From: a virus
Lineage: Duplodnaviria; Caudoviricetes
Length of the DNA: 64,000 bases
Direction: 5' to 3' (one strand)
IMG/VR virus record: IMGVR_UViG_2565956960_000004
Location: 1 to 64,000 of that record
A program made the translations under genes and the position numbers. Under the pieces are notes generated by a model. That model saw only the letters and a list, made by a program, of their open reading frames with translations, had not been told where the DNA came from and searched no databases. This document shows, piece by piece, positions 20,061-28,750 of this stretch (positions are counted from its first letter, which is position 1; each line of letters begins with the position of its first letter).

Positions 20061-20915
20061 ATGGCAGTTCAATCATATTCACAGGAAATATGGGATCGAC
20101 TCAAAGCGGTTTATGAGTCGTCCCCAAAGATCACATGGCAAAAATTAGTTGATCAGGTAGGTGAGGAGCTAGGCTGTGATATGCCTTCTCCTTCCGTTGT
20201 GCGCCGTAAAGCAATCGCTGAGAAATGGAAAAAGTGCACGAAAAATCTAGTCAAAAAATCTGCCCGTGAACTGAATCAAGAAATTAAAAAATTGACTAGC
20301 AAAAAGACTAGTCAAGATGATTCACAAACTTCTGATAATGAAGGAGATAGTACTAGTCAAAATAATGTCAGAAAGCCGTCAAATATTGCTGAAGTATGGG
20401 GTCAAAAATCAAAGTCAGAAAATGATTTTAGTAAGGCTGATTTTAACCGATTAACTTCAGCTCAAATTATTAAGGAAAACCGCTATAGGTTGGCTAATTT
20501 GGGCGAACTTGCTGGCGATACAATTACAAGCGTTATTCATATCCGAGATGAAGTCTTAAAACTAGATGTAAGTAATCTAGATCCTGAAGATAAAGAGGCT
20601 ATTAACATCATCAATGGCTTGAAATTCAAAATGGGCCTGATCAGCCAGATTGTGGACCTGAATGTAAAGCAAAGTATCACCTTAGCCAACATTGCCAAAT
20701 CCGAAGCCTTGTTTTGGGGCTTTGAATTGGAAGAACTCAAAGATCAGTCGGAAGTACAGTCTAAACGTTCGGCTGTAATCGCTGATGCTGAGGAAAAACT
20801 AAGACTTGCCAAAGAGAAAATGGCCGCAGATAAAAAAGCTGCCTTTGCTCGTAAGGTGGCAATGATCGAGGCCGGTGATCCTGAACAAGATGAAGAACAA
20901 GAGGCGATAGCATGA
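20061..20915 (+). CDS. HTH protein, possible terminase small subunit (PacA-like) or late regulator
   Basis: N-terminal W.RLKAVYE...SVVRRKAIAEKW HTH followed by a helical body. Confidence 0.45.
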   Translation: MAVQSYSQEIWDRLKAVYESSPKITWQKLVDQVGEELGCDMPSPSVVRRKAIAEKWKKCTKNLVKKSARELNQEIKKLTSKKTSQDDSQTSDNEGDSTSQNNVRKPSNIAEVWGQKSKSENDFSKADFNRLTSAQIIKENRYRLANLGELAGDTITSVIHIRDEVLKLDVSNLDPEDKEAINIINGLKFKMGLISQIVDLNVKQSITLANIAKSEALFWGFELEELKDQSEVQSKRSAVIADAEEKLRLAKEKMAADKKAAFARKVAMIEAGDPEQDEEQEAIA

Positions 20916-21382
20916 CCCAAGCAAAATTAACTCATCGTGAATTATGTGAAGTAGGTTCTTCAATCGTTATGTGGAGCAATGAAATGTTAGAAAAATTTAT
21001 TAAGTATTGCCAAGCAAAGAATGAAAATTGCAGTGAGAACTATCTCACCCACGTTTTTAATAATTCCCAAGATTTGAACATTGTTCAATTTTTGAATGAA
21101 GAAGTTAAGTTGAAGACTTCAGCACTAAAGGAGAGAAATAGCGAAATTGAAAAACTGGAATTAAAAATCAGTGAGGATTCCAGAATCTTGCATAACGTTA
21201 TTGATATTGAGCGTAAGAAGAATGATGCCCTACAAAAGCGGGTAGATGATTCAATCTTTATTTTAAGCACGATTGATACACCTGATGAGGCATACAAATT
21301 AATAGATTCACTATTAAGAACCTTAAAAGGGACCACAAATGAGTTAGAACAAGTGTTTAATAAAGAGGTTTCCCATGGCTAA
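20912..21382 (+). CDS. hypothetical coiled-coil protein
   Basis: ATGA-coupled ORF. Confidence 0.65.
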   Translation: MTQAKLTHRELCEVGSSIVMWSNEMLEKFIKYCQAKNENCSENYLTHVFNNSQDLNIVQFLNEEVKLKTSALKERNSEIEKLELKISEDSRILHNVIDIERKKNDALQKRVDDSIFILSTIDTPDEAYKLIDSLLRTLKGTTNELEQVFNKEVSHG

Positions 21383-21533
21383 TGTTGTTTATGAATATGA
21401 AGGTAGATTTAGCTGGTTTGTAGAGGAAGAACCGTTGGGCGGCTTTGCTCTATTTATGAATTACAACTTCCAATACGAATTTACCAACCTTGACGCTGCA
21501 AAGAATTGGATAGATGAGTGTGAGTCAGAATGA
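21375..21533 (+). CDS. 52-aa small protein (not in ORF track)
   Basis: GAGG RBS; MANVVYEYEGRFSWF...WIDECESE; overlaps both neighbours. Confidence 0.65.
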   Translation: MANVVYEYEGRFSWFVEEEPLGGFALFMNYNFQYEFTNLDAAKNWIDECESE

Positions 21534-21691
21534 GTGTTATAGCCGTTTGTGATTGGTGCAAAAGACCAGATACATGTGATTTTGTAGCTGGCCTTTGCTT
21601 ATGTTATCCATGCCAAGATTCACATGAAGATATATTTGGCGACGACATTAATGATGAAGATTATTATGGTGACGATGATGAGCCAATCTAA
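21530..21691 (+). CDS. 53-aa zinc-ribbon protein with acidic tail (not in ORF track)
   Basis: ATGA overlap; CDWC...CLCYPC followed by a D/E-rich tail. Confidence 0.65.
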   Translation: MSVIAVCDWCKRPDTCDFVAGLCLCYPCQDSHEDIFGDDINDEDYYGDDDEPI

Positions 21692-22070
21692 GAACCAATT
21701 TAATGTAGGTGATAAGGTCCTTTATCTAGGCTTATGGGGCACTGATTTTAATAAGGTCGATGAGGTAGTAGGCATTGTTTGGGATGAACTACTCCAGCGA
21801 AATAAATATCTAATTAACGAGTCAGAATCAGGTGAGGTACTAACGCAATACGGCGATAACTACAGACTGGCGGAGCCAGATGAAATCGCCGTGGGACATC
21901 GACTACGATCAAACAACGGGCAGAATATTTGTGCATTCTCTACTTTAGAGAGTATGAAATCAGAACCGTTGCTACAATATCTCGATAGATGTGAGCAAGT
22001 AGTCAAACGCTGGCCTAAGTGGAAGGTTGAAAGTATGAGAGATGCTTTAGGAATAGTTAAAAATAGTTGA
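21678..22070 (+). CDS. hypothetical protein
   Basis: FNVGDKV SH3-like start and EIAVGHR motif; start moved downstream of the track call. Confidence 0.65.
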   Translation: MSQSKNQFNVGDKVLYLGLWGTDFNKVDEVVGIVWDELLQRNKYLINESESGEVLTQYGDNYRLAEPDEIAVGHRLRSNNGQNICAFSTLESMKSEPLLQYLDRCEQVVKRWPKWKVESMRDALGIVKNS

Positions 22071-22122
22071 TTATATTTTTCCATATTAAAGATAATGATT
22101 ATTTAAAGAATATGACGTTATT

Positions 22123-22150
22123 AAAAAATACTCTTTGAGAGTGTTTTTTA
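22123..22150 (+). terminator. terminator ending the early-right operon
   Basis: AAAAATACTCT-TTG-AGAGTGTTTTT. Confidence 0.6.
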
Positions 22151-22227
22151 TTTTATTCAGAAAGAAGATTGCATAAAAAATAACTTAAAGGTAAATTAAA
22201 TCTTTTAAATTTGTTAAGGGGTAATTT

Positions 22228-22866
22228 ATGAGTTTATTAAATGCAATTATTGCAAGTAATCAAGATGCCAGAAGAGTGGAAAACCCAACTTCCACATTTA
22301 ATGGATATGTCACTTTAAAAGTTGAACATGATAAATTAGTGGAAAAAGTGTTTAAACAAATAGATGACACATTATTAGAGGGTATAGATAGAATTTTTAA
22401 AGAAAATCAAGCAGAAACAATTGTTTCTGATAGTATAAAAACAAAATATAAAGTAGGTGAGGGTAAAGTATTTTTCACATTTACAAATCAACCAAATAAT
22501 AAAGACATACTGCAAGTCAAAAAAACTGTAATGATTGAGCGGGATGGAAAAGGATCTTTTTTAGAGATAGTTGCAACGCCTATTCTTAAACCTATTGATA
22601 GAAATGATAGTTTGAAATTAGGCTTAACAGATTATACAGCTAAGATTCAGAATACGCCTGCTGATCAAGCTACAGGTACCTTTATTCAAGAGATTGAAAA
22701 AGCTAATGTGATTTTGATAACTAACCAACAAATATTGCATAGTTATGAAGGCAATAATTACGAAATATGGAAAGAGAGAGCTTCTATAGGTGGTGCTGCT
22801 AATAAAGGTGCTGATTTAAAGTTAATTATTGATCGCCTTGCCTCACTATCAGGCTTATTTAACTAG
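22228..22866 (+). CDS. AT-rich moron protein, unknown function
   Basis: Own sigma70-like promoter TTGCAT-N17-TAAATT (22169-22197) and AAGGGG RBS. Confidence 0.7.
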   Translation: MSLLNAIIASNQDARRVENPTSTFNGYVTLKVEHDKLVEKVFKQIDDTLLEGIDRIFKENQAETIVSDSIKTKYKVGEGKVFFTFTNQPNNKDILQVKKTVMIERDGKGSFLEIVATPILKPIDRNDSLKLGLTDYTAKIQNTPADQATGTFIQEIEKANVILITNQQILHSYEGNNYEIWKERASIGGAANKGADLKLIIDRLASLSGLFN

Positions 22867-22873
22867 AGCATGT

Positions 22874-22913
22874 TGGAACAACAAATTAAGGCTAATATAT
22901 AAAATGCCAAAAT
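22874..22913 (+). promoter_or_regulatory. late promoter motif 1
   Basis: TGGAAC-N28-CAAAAT upstream of the tape measure gene. Confidence 0.75.
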
Positions 22914-22943
22914 CACTCTATGTAAAAATAGGGTGATTTTTTT

Positions 22944-25136
22944 ATGTCTAATCAAGCAAGTGGTTTGCCTTATGATGAGCTTGGTTTCCTCATTGGCCTA
23001 AAACAAACGGGACGTGACGTAGCCAAAATTGACAAGAATGTGGAAGCAATCCATGACATTTTATTAGGTCTTAAAAAAGAGTTTGAGGGCAAACTTAGCG
23101 GCACAACACAACAATTTAAACCTAAGTTGAGTGCGTTAGAACAGGCATTGATTGATGCACAAATTAAACCAGTTGATTTTTCCGATTTAATCAAAGAACA
23201 AGCAAATCCACTAATTCAATCCACAGTAGTATTGGATCGAGTTGCGAAGTCGCTTGAAGATTTGATCGATGACGTTGCGTCTAATAAAAATACCCCTAAA
23301 AGCAAAACTACTCAGGTACACCAGAAAGCCATTGAGATAGATTCACCAGAAAGTGTAATTAGTGAATCTAGTAAAGATGAGACAAGAAAACAGAGCACTC
23401 AATTACCAAAAGAGGTAACACCGCGTACCCGCGATTCTAAAGGGCGGTTTATTGGTGATGGTTCTATTGAGAACGAAAACAAATCAAAATTAGGCAAAGT
23501 TATACAAACTATCGGCACAGCATTTAAAGAGGTAATGCCTAACACTCCTCAAGGCGTAGACCCCACTGTTGATGCTATTAATGAAGTGGCAACCGTATTA
23601 TCGCCTGTTAAACGAGCTGCTGGGTTTATGCTACGGCCACTCACCGGATGGATGAAATCTCGTAAACGCAATGAACCATTGCCAAAAGAACAAAATGATC
23701 ATAATAGAAAACAGATAAAACTACTCCAAAGGCTTGTTGATAGTCTTCAATCAAAAGGCGGTTTACTTGGCAGTATCGGGAAACTGTTGGGTGCTGGAGG
23801 TGGTATCTTAGGAAGTCTATTCGGCGGCATTTTAAAAAATGGTGGAAAGCTGCTTAAGTTTGGTAAAGGTTTGCCTGTTATCGGTGCCTTATTAACTGCA
23901 ATGTCGTTTTCAAATTGGGGAACCAAATCAACAAAAGAAAAAGGCGGGGCTGTTGGGAGTACTGCTGGCGGTTTAATTGGTGGTGCAATTGGTAGTATTT
24001 TCGGGCCAATCGGTACAGTAGCTGGAGCAGGTTTAGGCGCTATCATTGGTGAAAAAATCGGAAGTGTCGCAGCGCCTTATATCAAACAATGGACAGATTC
24101 ATTAATCGCTGCTGATATACCTTCGATGATATCTAAGCTGATCAGTGCAGCATTTAGCTTAACACCAGGTGGCATTGCAAAATCCTTGGCTGATTGGGGC
24201 AAGGAAAAATGGAACTCTACTTTTAATGGTCAACCTAACCCAAGTTATTTAATGCGCCGTCAGTATGGTGGCAAAGGTGTTAATAATGGTGAACCGGCGG
24301 CATTTGGCGCTGTTGCAAATAGTGGAAAATTATCAGGTAGAACAGTAGCTGAAAAAACGAAATCATTGATCCGTAAGCATGAAGGGTTTAAGGAAAATGC
24401 CTACTGGGATGTGAATGCCTATCGGGTGGGCTATGGTAGTGATACAACAACTGATAAAAATGGAAAAGTAGCAAAAGTAACAAAGACAACAACTGTAGAT
24501 AAAGAAGGTGCAGAGCGTGATTTAGTACGGCGCTCCCAGATATTTGCTAATGAGGCAAGAAAGAAAGTTGGTGCCGAGAATTGGGATAAACTGCCTGAAG
24601 ATACAAAGGCTGCATTAACTTCAGTAGCATACAATTATGGTTCTTTACCTAAACGGGTTGTAAAAGCAGTTCAAACAGGGGATATGGATCAAATTGCAGA
24701 ATCTGTTAGAAGTCTTGAAGTACATAATGATGGAATTAATAAAAACCGAAGAAATCATGAAGCAGATATCATTAAAAACTCAGTGAATAATAATCAAGGT
24801 AATGACAATACTGGGTTAAATACAGATGTTAATAAAGCGATAAATCTGTCAGCGACAACCATGGTGCAAAGTGCCAAAGGCCAAGTTTCATTGCTAAGTA
24901 AACAGGCACCGGTAACACCATTAGCGAGTAGAGCTAAGTCAATGGCTGCTGCTTATAACTCACCGAAAATGGACAATAAAATTGAACCTTCTAAGGAATT
25001 TTTCAGTCCAAAAGAACCTCAGAAAGTTCAAGTTGTAGGTCAGAATAATGGTAGTATTAATCAAAATGTGAGTAATAGAGTTTTAGCTCACGCAATAACT
25101 GGTGGTCTTGGTATGGGGGAACAATGGAATGCTTAA
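22944..25136 (+). CDS. tape measure / P1 Sit-like injection protein with GH24-type lysozyme domain
   Basis: RDSKGRF motif, Gly-zipper hydrophobic region, IRKHEGF...YWDVNAYRVGYG...SVAYNYG...NRRNHEA lysozyme. Confidence 0.8.
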   Translation: MSNQASGLPYDELGFLIGLKQTGRDVAKIDKNVEAIHDILLGLKKEFEGKLSGTTQQFKPKLSALEQALIDAQIKPVDFSDLIKEQANPLIQSTVVLDRVAKSLEDLIDDVASNKNTPKSKTTQVHQKAIEIDSPESVISESSKDETRKQSTQLPKEVTPRTRDSKGRFIGDGSIENENKSKLGKVIQTIGTAFKEVMPNTPQGVDPTVDAINEVATVLSPVKRAAGFMLRPLTGWMKSRKRNEPLPKEQNDHNRKQIKLLQRLVDSLQSKGGLLGSIGKLLGAGGGILGSLFGGILKNGGKLLKFGKGLPVIGALLTAMSFSNWGTKSTKEKGGAVGSTAGGLIGGAIGSIFGPIGTVAGAGLGAIIGEKIGSVAAPYIKQWTDSLIAADIPSMISKLISAAFSLTPGGIAKSLADWGKEKWNSTFNGQPNPSYLMRRQYGGKGVNNGEPAAFGAVANSGKLSGRTVAEKTKSLIRKHEGFKENAYWDVNAYRVGYGSDTTTDKNGKVAKVTKTTTVDKEGAERDLVRRSQIFANEARKKVGAENWDKLPEDTKAALTSVAYNYGSLPKRVVKAVQTGDMDQIAESVRSLEVHNDGINKNRRNHEADIIKNSVNNNQGNDNTGLNTDVNKAINLSATTMVQSAKGQVSLLSKQAPVTPLASRAKSMAAAYNSPKMDNKIEPSKEFFSPKEPQKVQVVGQNNGSINQNVSNRVLAHAITGGLGMGEQWNA

Positions 25137-25521
25137 AAAAATAACTATCTGCTTAATTTGTCTAATGCAGTCAGTCTTTGTGCACGCAGGCTTAGAAAGC
25201 TGTAAAAATTTAACCAAGCAAGCTGATTTAAATGCATGTGCCTCACGCAATTTAAATACAGCAAATGAATCAATAGGTAAAGTTTATAATAATTACTTAA
25301 AAGATCTTAGTCCGCAGGAACAAGTAAAACTTAAAGAGGCCCAGCGGTCATGGGTTCAATTTAAAGAGAAGGACTGTTCTTTTGAGACATCACCTGTTAA
25401 AAATGGTTCTATGTATCCATATGTTTTATCTGCATGTTTAATTGATCGTACAGAAAAACGAATCTTAGAATTAAACAATATGGCTAATTGTAAAAATGGG
25501 ACAGAACCTAGTTGTTTGTAA
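25129..25521 (+). CDS. LprI/DUF1311 lysozyme-inhibitor family secreted protein
   Basis: Signal peptide; QADLNAC...LKEAQRSWVQFKEKDC...CLIDRTEKRILEL. Confidence 0.85.
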   Translation: MLKKITICLICLMQSVFVHAGLESCKNLTKQADLNACASRNLNTANESIGKVYNNYLKDLSPQEQVKLKEAQRSWVQFKEKDCSFETSPVKNGSMYPYVLSACLIDRTEKRILELNNMANCKNGTEPSCL

Positions 25522-25647
25522 AGTTTTGCTCTACAATTTTGAGAAGTTGATTGTTTAAGTTAATAAAGTATATTTTCAAAAAATATACTTTATTGAATTT
25601 TAGTAAAAACTGAAAAGGTTATTAGCTACAATGGGTTGGGGTTTTAA

Positions 25648-26568
25648 ATGGATTGGAATGTATTTTTTAGTACAATTAGTCAAACTGCTGGAGCAATTGT
25701 AGGAATATTTTCAGCATTTTTAATAACAAAAATTATATCAAATCAAACAACTTATAGCCAAAAGAAAGACCAAACTACGGATTATTTGGCTATATCTAAA
25801 AAATTAGAAAATGAATCTTCTAAAAGATATTTTATTTGGTATGGTGAGAGAAAGGCAGATGACGCATTATATAAAATTAGAAGAGATTATGAGGATACAA
25901 AACTAATTCAAAGTCCTGAATATTATTATGATTTATCTAACTTTTCTCCATTCGAAGCAAAAAAAGACTCATTAAAGATCATCCAGAATGAAATTGATAA
26001 AATTACCGAAGAAAAAAGAATAGAAGATGAAGCATTGGAGGCCCAGTTAAAGAGTCTTAAGCCGGGCTATGGACTAGTAACACATGCACCAGTTAAGTTA
26101 CTGATGCCTCCTAATAGTGGTTTGAGAGATAAGATAACAGAAGAAAGGGATCTAATAAATGATCTATATGTTAGGATTCAATTTCAAGCCGAAAAAAACC
26201 AAAATCTACTTAATGATCTTGAAAATAACTCTGAAAGTTCTACTTTAATTAGTATTTCTATTTTTTCAGTCATCTCATTATTTTTTTGCGGCGTTATTTA
26301 TCCATTAAGTTTCCTTCCAATGGTATCGGGCACTGAAATTTCACTTACAATATCTGCATTTTGGGATTTATTATTTTCACTAAAAGGCGCCTTATTAGTT
26401 GTGATATCAGTAATATTTGGGGGGCTAATGATCGTTTTTTTACATGCTAATTATAAACTTAAATACTCTCAGGAATTAAAAGATGAACTCAAGAAGTACT
26501 CTGATCCTAGGAATTATTCATTTTATTTCAAGAATTATGTGGATAACAGCGCAGTAGAAAGTGAATAG
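25648..26568 (+). CDS. AT-rich membrane protein (moron)
   Basis: One N-terminal and two C-terminal hydrophobic helices; own promoter-like region. Confidence 0.7.
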   Translation: MDWNVFFSTISQTAGAIVGIFSAFLITKIISNQTTYSQKKDQTTDYLAISKKLENESSKRYFIWYGERKADDALYKIRRDYEDTKLIQSPEYYYDLSNFSPFEAKKDSLKIIQNEIDKITEEKRIEDEALEAQLKSLKPGYGLVTHAPVKLLMPPNSGLRDKITEERDLINDLYVRIQFQAEKNQNLLNDLENNSESSTLISISIFSVISLFFCGVIYPLSFLPMVSGTEISLTISAFWDLLFSLKGALLVVISVIFGGLMIVFLHANYKLKYSQELKDELKKYSDPRNYSFYFKNYVDNSAVESE

Positions 26569-26607
26569 ATACATTAGAAATTACTGAAAGAAAATGGTGC
26601 AAAAAGA

Positions 26608-27000
26608 ATGTATAAAAAAATAATGAAGCGTTTCATCGTTGCAATTATTAGTTTTCTGTTTTCCTTCTATGTATTTGCTAATGAAATACCGATTGAAGAC
26701 AAAACAATCCAGGTAGATAAGGCCGTCATCGAACGATCTATTTTTAAGGCAAATGTCGAGCGTCAGATTCTTCGCGCTTGGAATGTCCCAGTAGGTTCTA
26801 ATGGACAGGTAGCCAATGCTGTTTTAACCCTGGATGAGCAGGGTGGAATAAAAGACCTGATGGTTTCAAGCAGTGATTTTGAAATGAAGCAAAGTGTTGA
26901 ACAGGCGATTCGTAGGATTGCACCTATTAAATTGCCTCCAAACTTAAAGCTGACTGACAATAAAGACTTTAAGATTAGGTTTACATTTAAATCTAAGTAA
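26608..27000 (+). CDS. secreted TonB_C / TolA domain III-like protein
   Basis: Signal peptide ending VFA-N; ILRAWNVP...LTLDEQG.I...SSD...SVEQAIRRIAP. Confidence 0.75.
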   Translation: MYKKIMKRFIVAIISFLFSFYVFANEIPIEDKTIQVDKAVIERSIFKANVERQILRAWNVPVGSNGQVANAVLTLDEQGGIKDLMVSSSDFEMKQSVEQAIRRIAPIKLPPNLKLTDNKDFKIRFTFKSK

Positions 27001-27016
27001 ACCTAAGAAATTAAAG

Positions 27017-27051
27017 AAAAAATGCCCATTTTCATATTGGGCATTTTTTTT
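27017..27051 (+). terminator. rho-independent terminator
   Basis: AAAAAATGCCCA...TGGGCATTTTTTTT. Confidence 0.75.
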
Positions 27052-27056
27052 GTATA

Positions 27057-27350
27057 GTGAACAAAATCTTAACATTGGCAAATTTCTTTAATTTTATGTC
27101 GTACTCCCAACTTGAAGATCTTAGAAAATCAAATCGGCTAACGATCAATGCACGCGGTTTGCTAGAAGGCTTTAAGCTTTATTTGCTCATGAACAATCGC
27201 CAGAATGAATATATGAGCAGATTGGTGTATGTACGCAAGAACATCCCAGAAACAGAGTATTCCCTTTACGGCGTGAAAAATATGGATGAGTTAATTGTAA
27301 AGTTAGAAAAACTTTATGAGACGGATCAAGTTATCAGACATGCAATGTAG
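27057..27350 (+). CDS. hypothetical protein
   Basis: 97-aa ORF; start uncertain. Confidence 0.45.
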   Translation: MNKILTLANFFNFMSYSQLEDLRKSNRLTINARGLLEGFKLYLLMNNRQNEYMSRLVYVRKNIPETEYSLYGVKNMDELIVKLEKLYETDQVIRHAM

Positions 27351-27352
27351 AT

Positions 27353-27392
27353 TGGAACAGTCCGTTAAAATTCATCGAATTTAAGCCAAAAT
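27353..27392 (+). promoter_or_regulatory. late promoter motif 2
   Basis: TGGAAC-N28-CAAAAT. Confidence 0.75.
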
Positions 27393-27419
27393 TATATCAA
27401 TCTATTTTGGGTTGATGTT

Positions 27420-27941
27420 ATGGGCACCTTAAATTTAACGGCAGTGACACCAGAAACGCCGTACATTAAAAAGATCAAAGCCGCCTTGGAAAAGGCAACA
27501 GGTCAGTCAATACCGCTTCTAGAAATTAAAAAGGTTCAACGGAAAGCCGGTGTTAGCGTTGTGCCTGTATTCATTGTTTTTGCAGGTGGACAAGAGCTTA
27601 CTTTATATGCCCGGGCAAGTGCGGATGTAGTCAAAGCAGAATTAAACGGCAAAGAGTTTGTTTTACCTGGTGACTTTAGTGATGATTACAAACAGACATT
27701 TGATAATGCTGTTTCTGGAACGGCTAAATTGGTCCGTGAATCACAGTCAAAGGTCCAGCAGCAAAATCAAAAAGAAAAGGTTAAATTGCCACCACGAAAT
27801 AATCGTAGTGTCACACAACAAATTTCTGATAAGCGTGAACAAGAGCAGCTGATCGATAAAGAGTTAGAAAACCTAACTTCTCAACGTGACCAGTTGCGGG
27901 AGCAGCTAAAACAAATTGAAGAAGGTACAGCTGCAGTTTGA
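27420..27941 (+). CDS. hdf: P1 Hdf-like protein (DarA N-terminal domain homologue)
   Basis: KVQRKAGV...FAGGQELTL...DVVKAELNGK...coiled-coil tail; resembles the DarA domain at 56-57 kb. Confidence 0.65.
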   Translation: MGTLNLTAVTPETPYIKKIKAALEKATGQSIPLLEIKKVQRKAGVSVVPVFIVFAGGQELTLYARASADVVKAELNGKEFVLPGDFSDDYKQTFDNAVSGTAKLVRESQSKVQQQNQKEKVKLPPRNNRSVTQQISDKREQEQLIDKELENLTSQRDQLREQLKQIEEGTAAV

Positions 27942-27984
27942 TATAAAAATTTGTGAGAGGCGATTAAGGTTGCCTCTTTTTTAT

Positions 27985-28025
27985 TGGAACAACCAGAAAA
28001 ATTATTTCGCTGATAGTCCTAACCT
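27985..28025 (+). promoter_or_regulatory. late promoter motif 3
   Basis: TGGAAC-N29-TAACCT. Confidence 0.65.
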
Positions 28026-28049
28026 TAGCTTAAAGCTTTGGAGTTTGAT

Positions 28050-28415
28050 ATGTACCAAAATTATCAATCAGTGATTGTTGATCTATTCATTGTAACTAGT
28101 TTTTTAGTGCACGTTTGCCTTGCATTGACTGCCATGAACAAAATGTTCCCGTCATTAAATACATTGTTAAATAAAGGCGTAACTGATCTTATTTTCAAAC
28201 GAGCGAAAAAAGCCATTTATATTTTCTTATTTGTCGCTCTATCAATTTCATGCTTAGTGACATGGCGGCTTTACGAGCTGCTTACTTTTTTTGATGTGAT
28301 CGGCTGGGGTAAATACATCTTGGTCGGGGCATTCGCTATCTATTGTTTCTCATTTCTTGGCGTATTTATATTTTGTAAATTGCTGCTGATGACGGCGCGT
28401 AGGTCAGGCTTATGA
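28050..28415 (+). CDS. three-TM membrane protein (holin-like candidate)
   Basis: Three hydrophobic segments, basic C-terminus, GGAG RBS, behind a late promoter. Confidence 0.5.
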   Translation: MYQNYQSVIVDLFIVTSFLVHVCLALTAMNKMFPSLNTLLNKGVTDLIFKRAKKAIYIFLFVALSISCLVTWRLYELLTFFDVIGWGKYILVGAFAIYCFSFLGVFIFCKLLLMTARRSGL

Positions 28416-28750
28416 TCGACTCCAACAAAATCATGGCAATGATTAAACATTGGCTGCAATCAGAGGTGAATGGTTATTTGGGATCAGATTATGGTCCGGA
28501 TTGGAATGCTTTATTTCTGGGTCCGCTAAGCGCACCAGTTGCAAATACCTTCATTGAGAAAATGAAAAGAGATATACCAATCTTAAAACAGCTAAGCGCA
28601 GATCAACTTCAGTTATGGTCCCAAAATGAGGGATTCGAAACAGAGACTATTTACCTACGCCTAGCCAATCAAATTGCTATCAACTTAAACCAGGTGCGGG
28701 ATATGCAATTAACTCGAAATGGAGAGACATTCGATGTTGACGCAAGCTGA
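28412..28750 (+). CDS. baseplate wedge / gp25-like protein (P1 PmgA-like)
   Basis: HWLQSEVNGYLGSDYG; precedes the BplA-like gene. Confidence 0.55.
   Translation: MIDSNKIMAMIKHWLQSEVNGYLGSDYGPDWNALFLGPLSAPVANTFIEKMKRDIPILKQLSADQLQLWSQNEGFETETIYLRLANQIAINLNQVRDMQLTRNGETFDVDAS

Noticed and set aside
21624..21677. Track start for ORF 21624..22070
   Set aside because: This stretch is better explained as the acidic tail of the 21530..21691 gene; the real start is probably 21675 or 21678
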